From NCBI GenBank assembly GCA_016794125.1, contig JAEUKT010000002.1:434848-498847 (forward strand): a DNA stretch of 64,000 nt. Reading direction: 5' to 3'. Positions within the stretch are counted from its first letter, which is position 1; every line of letters starts with the position of its first letter. This DNA comes from Alphaproteobacteria bacterium. GTDB lineage: Bacteria > Pseudomonadota > Alphaproteobacteria > Micavibrionales > UBA2020. The position numbers and the translations under genes are program-made. The notes below the pieces were generated by a model that was not told where the DNA came from, searched no databases, and saw nothing but the letters and a program-made list of their open reading frames with translations. Positions 61,518 to 64,000 of this stretch are shown piece after piece.

Positions 61518-64000
61518 TTACGGCGTTTTCTTGGGCGGCGTCACGTTCGGCCAATTGACCTTGGCCTTGGTGTCCCGCTCCAGCGCGGTCGTGTTGTCGT
61601 TGACCGCTTTATGCGTCAGTTTGTTGAACACGCCCTTGATCGGGTTGGTGATCGCACGCGCGATGAAGCCCGGGCGGTCCGCGTCTTCGCGCAGCTTCTG
61701 GGCGGTCTGGCCCTTCAACGGCTGTTCGCGCAGCGGTTTGCCGGTCTTCAGCATGGTTTCGATGCGGGCCATGGTGCGCTTGTCATGCACGAGTTCCATG
61801 AAGTGCTTGCGTTCCAGTTCGCGCAGGTAATCCTGCGTGACCACAACGCCGGGGCCGGCAAGATCGCCGCCCGTCAACACCTTGCCGACCTTGTCGGAAA
61901 CGACCACGTCATACGACGTCGCCTGACCCTTCAGGAAGAAGCCATCGACCGCCATCGACAATGCGGCGGCGCCGGATGCGCCGGGCAGCGTCATGTTGAA
62001 CGGCACTTCGGGCTTGAAGTCGACGCTGAGTTCCAGCGCCTTTTTCTTGGCATCGGCCAGCAGGCGCGATTTGTTCATCGTCACGCCGTCGGTTTCGCGG
62101 AAGTAACCAAGGTCTTTCGCCTCAAACGCCGACAGGCCGACTTTCGCGGTCGAGATGGTTTCGAACACGGCGCCTACAGCCGGCATCGGGCCGCCAGGCA
62201 GGCGTTTGTTCTGTTTCGCGCGCGTCATCAGTTCGGTCGAGCCGCCCCATGCGGGGAGAAGGCCGACGCCGACTTCGACGAGGCCCGGATAGGTTTCGGC
62301 ATGCGCCTGTACATGGGTGCTGTGCAGCAGGATCTCGCAGCCGCCGCCCAGCGCCTTGCCGGCAGGTGCCGACACGACGGGGAAATTGGCGTATTTGAGG
62401 CGTTTGTAGGTATCCTGCCCCATCTTCACCATTTTCTCGACCAGCCAGTATTGCTTGGCTTTCGCGGCATAAAGCGCGACGCCTATGTTTGCGCCGACGG
62501 AGAAATCATCCGCTTCGTTGTGGATGACCAGCGCCTTAAACTTGCCGCCCGGCTTGCCGCCGTTTTCGATGATGTCCGCCGCCTTGTTCATCATGCCGAG
62601 TGACATGAAATCGAGCGAGTTCATCTTCGAATGGAATTCGAGGCACATCACGCCGTCGCCGATATCCCACAGCGATGCCGACATGTTTTTCGCCACAAGG
62701 TTTTTCTTGTCGCGCTTCACGTCGGACAGCAGCAGCACGCCTTCGGGGCGTTTGACTTCCACATACTCGCCGTCTTTGTTGAGCATGTTGAGCTTGTTGT
62801 CGATATTTTTATAGAACGTCTTGCCGGCCGCTTTTTTCAGCAGTTCGGGGACGGGCTCGCCGTCTTTTTCAAGGCGCTTGATGAAGTAATCGGTGCCGAG
62901 TTTATCGAGCATCTCGAACGGGCCGTATTTCCAGTTATAGCCCAGCTTCATGCCCTGATCGACATCATAGATCGAACCTGCAACGGTGTGTGCATGGTTG
63001 AGCGAATAGACGAGCGTCTGCTTGATCACCGACCAGGCATATTCGCCGTATTTGTCGTCATGTTCGACCAATGCGCGCAAGCCGCCTTTTTTGGAGGCGT
63101 TGAGGATTTCCAGCTCGATCGGTTTCTGGCGTTCGGCGCCCTCTTTCTTTTTCGAGAAAAGTTTCAGGGGAGCGGAAAGCACGCGGCCGATGGCGGTCGA
63201 TGCTTTTGCGAAAGCGGATTTCGCAGGCACGACCTTGTTCTTCGGGTGCAGTGCGCCGGTTTCAAGATCGACCGCGAAGTCGTTCTTGTTTTCGTCGCGG
63301 CGGTAGAAACCGCCCTTGCCTTTGCGGCCCGTATAGCCTTCCTTGATCATGTTGTCGATCACGGGATGCGTGCGGTTTGCTTTCACATACGCGTCTTCGG
63401 CAGGCAGCGAGCCCATCAGCGATTTCGAGATATGGGGCATCAGGTCGAGGCCGACGAGATCGACGAGGCCGAAGATGCCGGTTTTCGGCACGCCCATGGG
63501 CTTGCCGACGATGGCATCCGCTTCCTCGACCGTGATCTTGCGCGCAATCGCTTCGTTGATCGCGCTCTGGATCCAGAAGGTGCCGATACGGTTCGCGATG
63601 AAGCCGGGGGTGTCGTTGCAATGCACGACGCCCTTGCCCAGTTTTTCATCGAGGAAGCGGGTCAGGTCAGCCACCATCGCAGGGTCGTTGTGTTCCGACG
63701 TCACCAGCTCCAGCAGCGGCATATAGCGCGGCGGGTTGAAGAAGTGGGTGATGACGAAATCCTTTTTCAGCGCGTCCGACTGGTCGGCGATCAGGTCTTT
63801 CAGCGGAATCGTCGAGGTGTTGGAGGCGACGATGGAGCCGGGTTTGCGGTTCGCGTCGATTTTCTTGAAGATGTCGGATTTCACCTTGGGGTCTTCGAAG
63901 ACCGCTTCGATGATGATATCGACGTCTTTCAGGCGGTCGAGGTTGTCTTCTGTGTTGCCGGGGCGGATCTTGCGCGCGTTTTTCTTGTGCATCAGGGGCG
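61518..64000 (-). CDS. 3-hydroxyacyl-CoA dehydrogenase / enoyl-CoA hydratase fusion protein (FadB/FadN-like); N-terminus lies beyond the window edge
   Basis: HADH domain motifs (IVASNTSTIPL, THFFNPPRYMPLLELV, PGFIANRI) are followed by a crotonase-fold region (ALVIHNEADDFSVGANIG...GGGCEILLH). The frame is still open at position 64000, so the listed Met at 63992 is internal. Confidence 0.85.
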   Translation of the reverse strand, partial: PLMHKKNARKIRPGNTEDNLDRLKDVDIIIEAVFEDPKVKSDIFKKIDANRKPGSIVASNTSTIPLKDLIADQSDALKKDFVITHFFNPPRYMPLLELVTSEHNDPAMVADLTRFLDEKLGKGVVHCNDTPGFIANRIGTFWIQSAINEAIARKITVEEADAIVGKPMGVPKTGIFGLVDLVGLDLMPHISKSLMGSLPAEDAYVKANRTHPVIDNMIKEGYTGRKGKGGFYRRDENKNDFAVDLETGALHPKNKVVPAKSAFAKASTAIGRVLSAPLKLFSKKKEGAERQKPIELEILNASKKGGLRALVEHDDKYGEYAWSVIKQTLVYSLNHAHTVAGSIYDVDQGMKLGYNWKYGPFEMLDKLGTDYFIKRLEKDGEPVPELLKKAAGKTFYKNIDNKLNMLNKDGEYVEVKRPEGVLLLSDVKRDKKNLVAKNMSASLWDIGDGVMCLEFHSKMNSLDFMSLGMMNKAADIIENGGKPGGKFKALVIHNEADDFSVGANIGVALYAAKAKQYWLVEKMVKMGQDTYKRLKYANFPVVSAPAGKALGGGCEILLHSTHVQAHAETYPGLVEVGVGLLPAWGGSTELMTRAKQNKRLPGGPMPAVGAVFETISTAKVGLSAFEAKDLGYFRETDGVTMNKSRLLADAKKKALELSVDFKPEVPFNMTLPGASGAAALSMAVDGFFLKGQATSYDVVVSDKVGKVLTGGDLAGPGVVVTQDYLRELERKHFMELVHDKRTMARIETMLKTGKPLREQPLKGQTAQKLREDADRPGFIARAITNPIKGVFNKLTHKAVNDNTTALERDTKAKVNWPNVTPPKKTP

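Overview
This window looks like a chromosomal segment from a moderately GC-rich alphaproteobacterium-like genome. The evidence for that placement is the kpsF-lptC-lptA-lptB-rpoN-hpf-ptsN block, the aroA-cmk-rpsA block, an Hsp20+DUF1150 pair with a ROSE-like leader, and DUF983. I cannot name the species. I support about 63 protein-coding genes and 2 tRNAs (Leu-CAG and Gly-GCC). I also call 4 strong bidirectional rho-independent terminators and a few promoter or regulatory candidates. I saw no rRNA, CRISPR array, transposase, integrase or obvious prophage. Most genes are housekeeping: acyl-CoA dehydrogenase, mnmC, ald, rocD, pmbA, cysS, pyrC-like, leuA, trm112, a ybbN-like thioredoxin, and a fadB-like gene. 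Both window edges cut genes: the acyl-CoA dehydrogenase at the left and the FadB-like gene at the right. Many long ORFs in the supplied track are antisense shadow ORFs of real genes and are rejected. The items most worth a second look are these. (1) A three-gene cassette at 52650-54391, containing a LITAF-like split zinc-ribbon membrane protein tightly linked to a 272-aa protein with primase-polymerase-like motif order. (2) A 64-aa acidic peptide with a Gly/Cys-rich C-terminus, translationally coupled to alanine dehydrogenase. (3) An unknown 309-aa gene translationally coupled on both sides inside a peptide-type ABC importer operon that has no ATPase genes. (4) Several AT-richer orphan genes wedged almost seamlessly into conserved housekeeping operons. 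(5) An uncharacterised membrane-protein cassette at 42474-44726. (6) A 1462-aa modular RTX protein with no secretion or activation genes nearby. All homology statements come from my reading of motifs, not from database searches.
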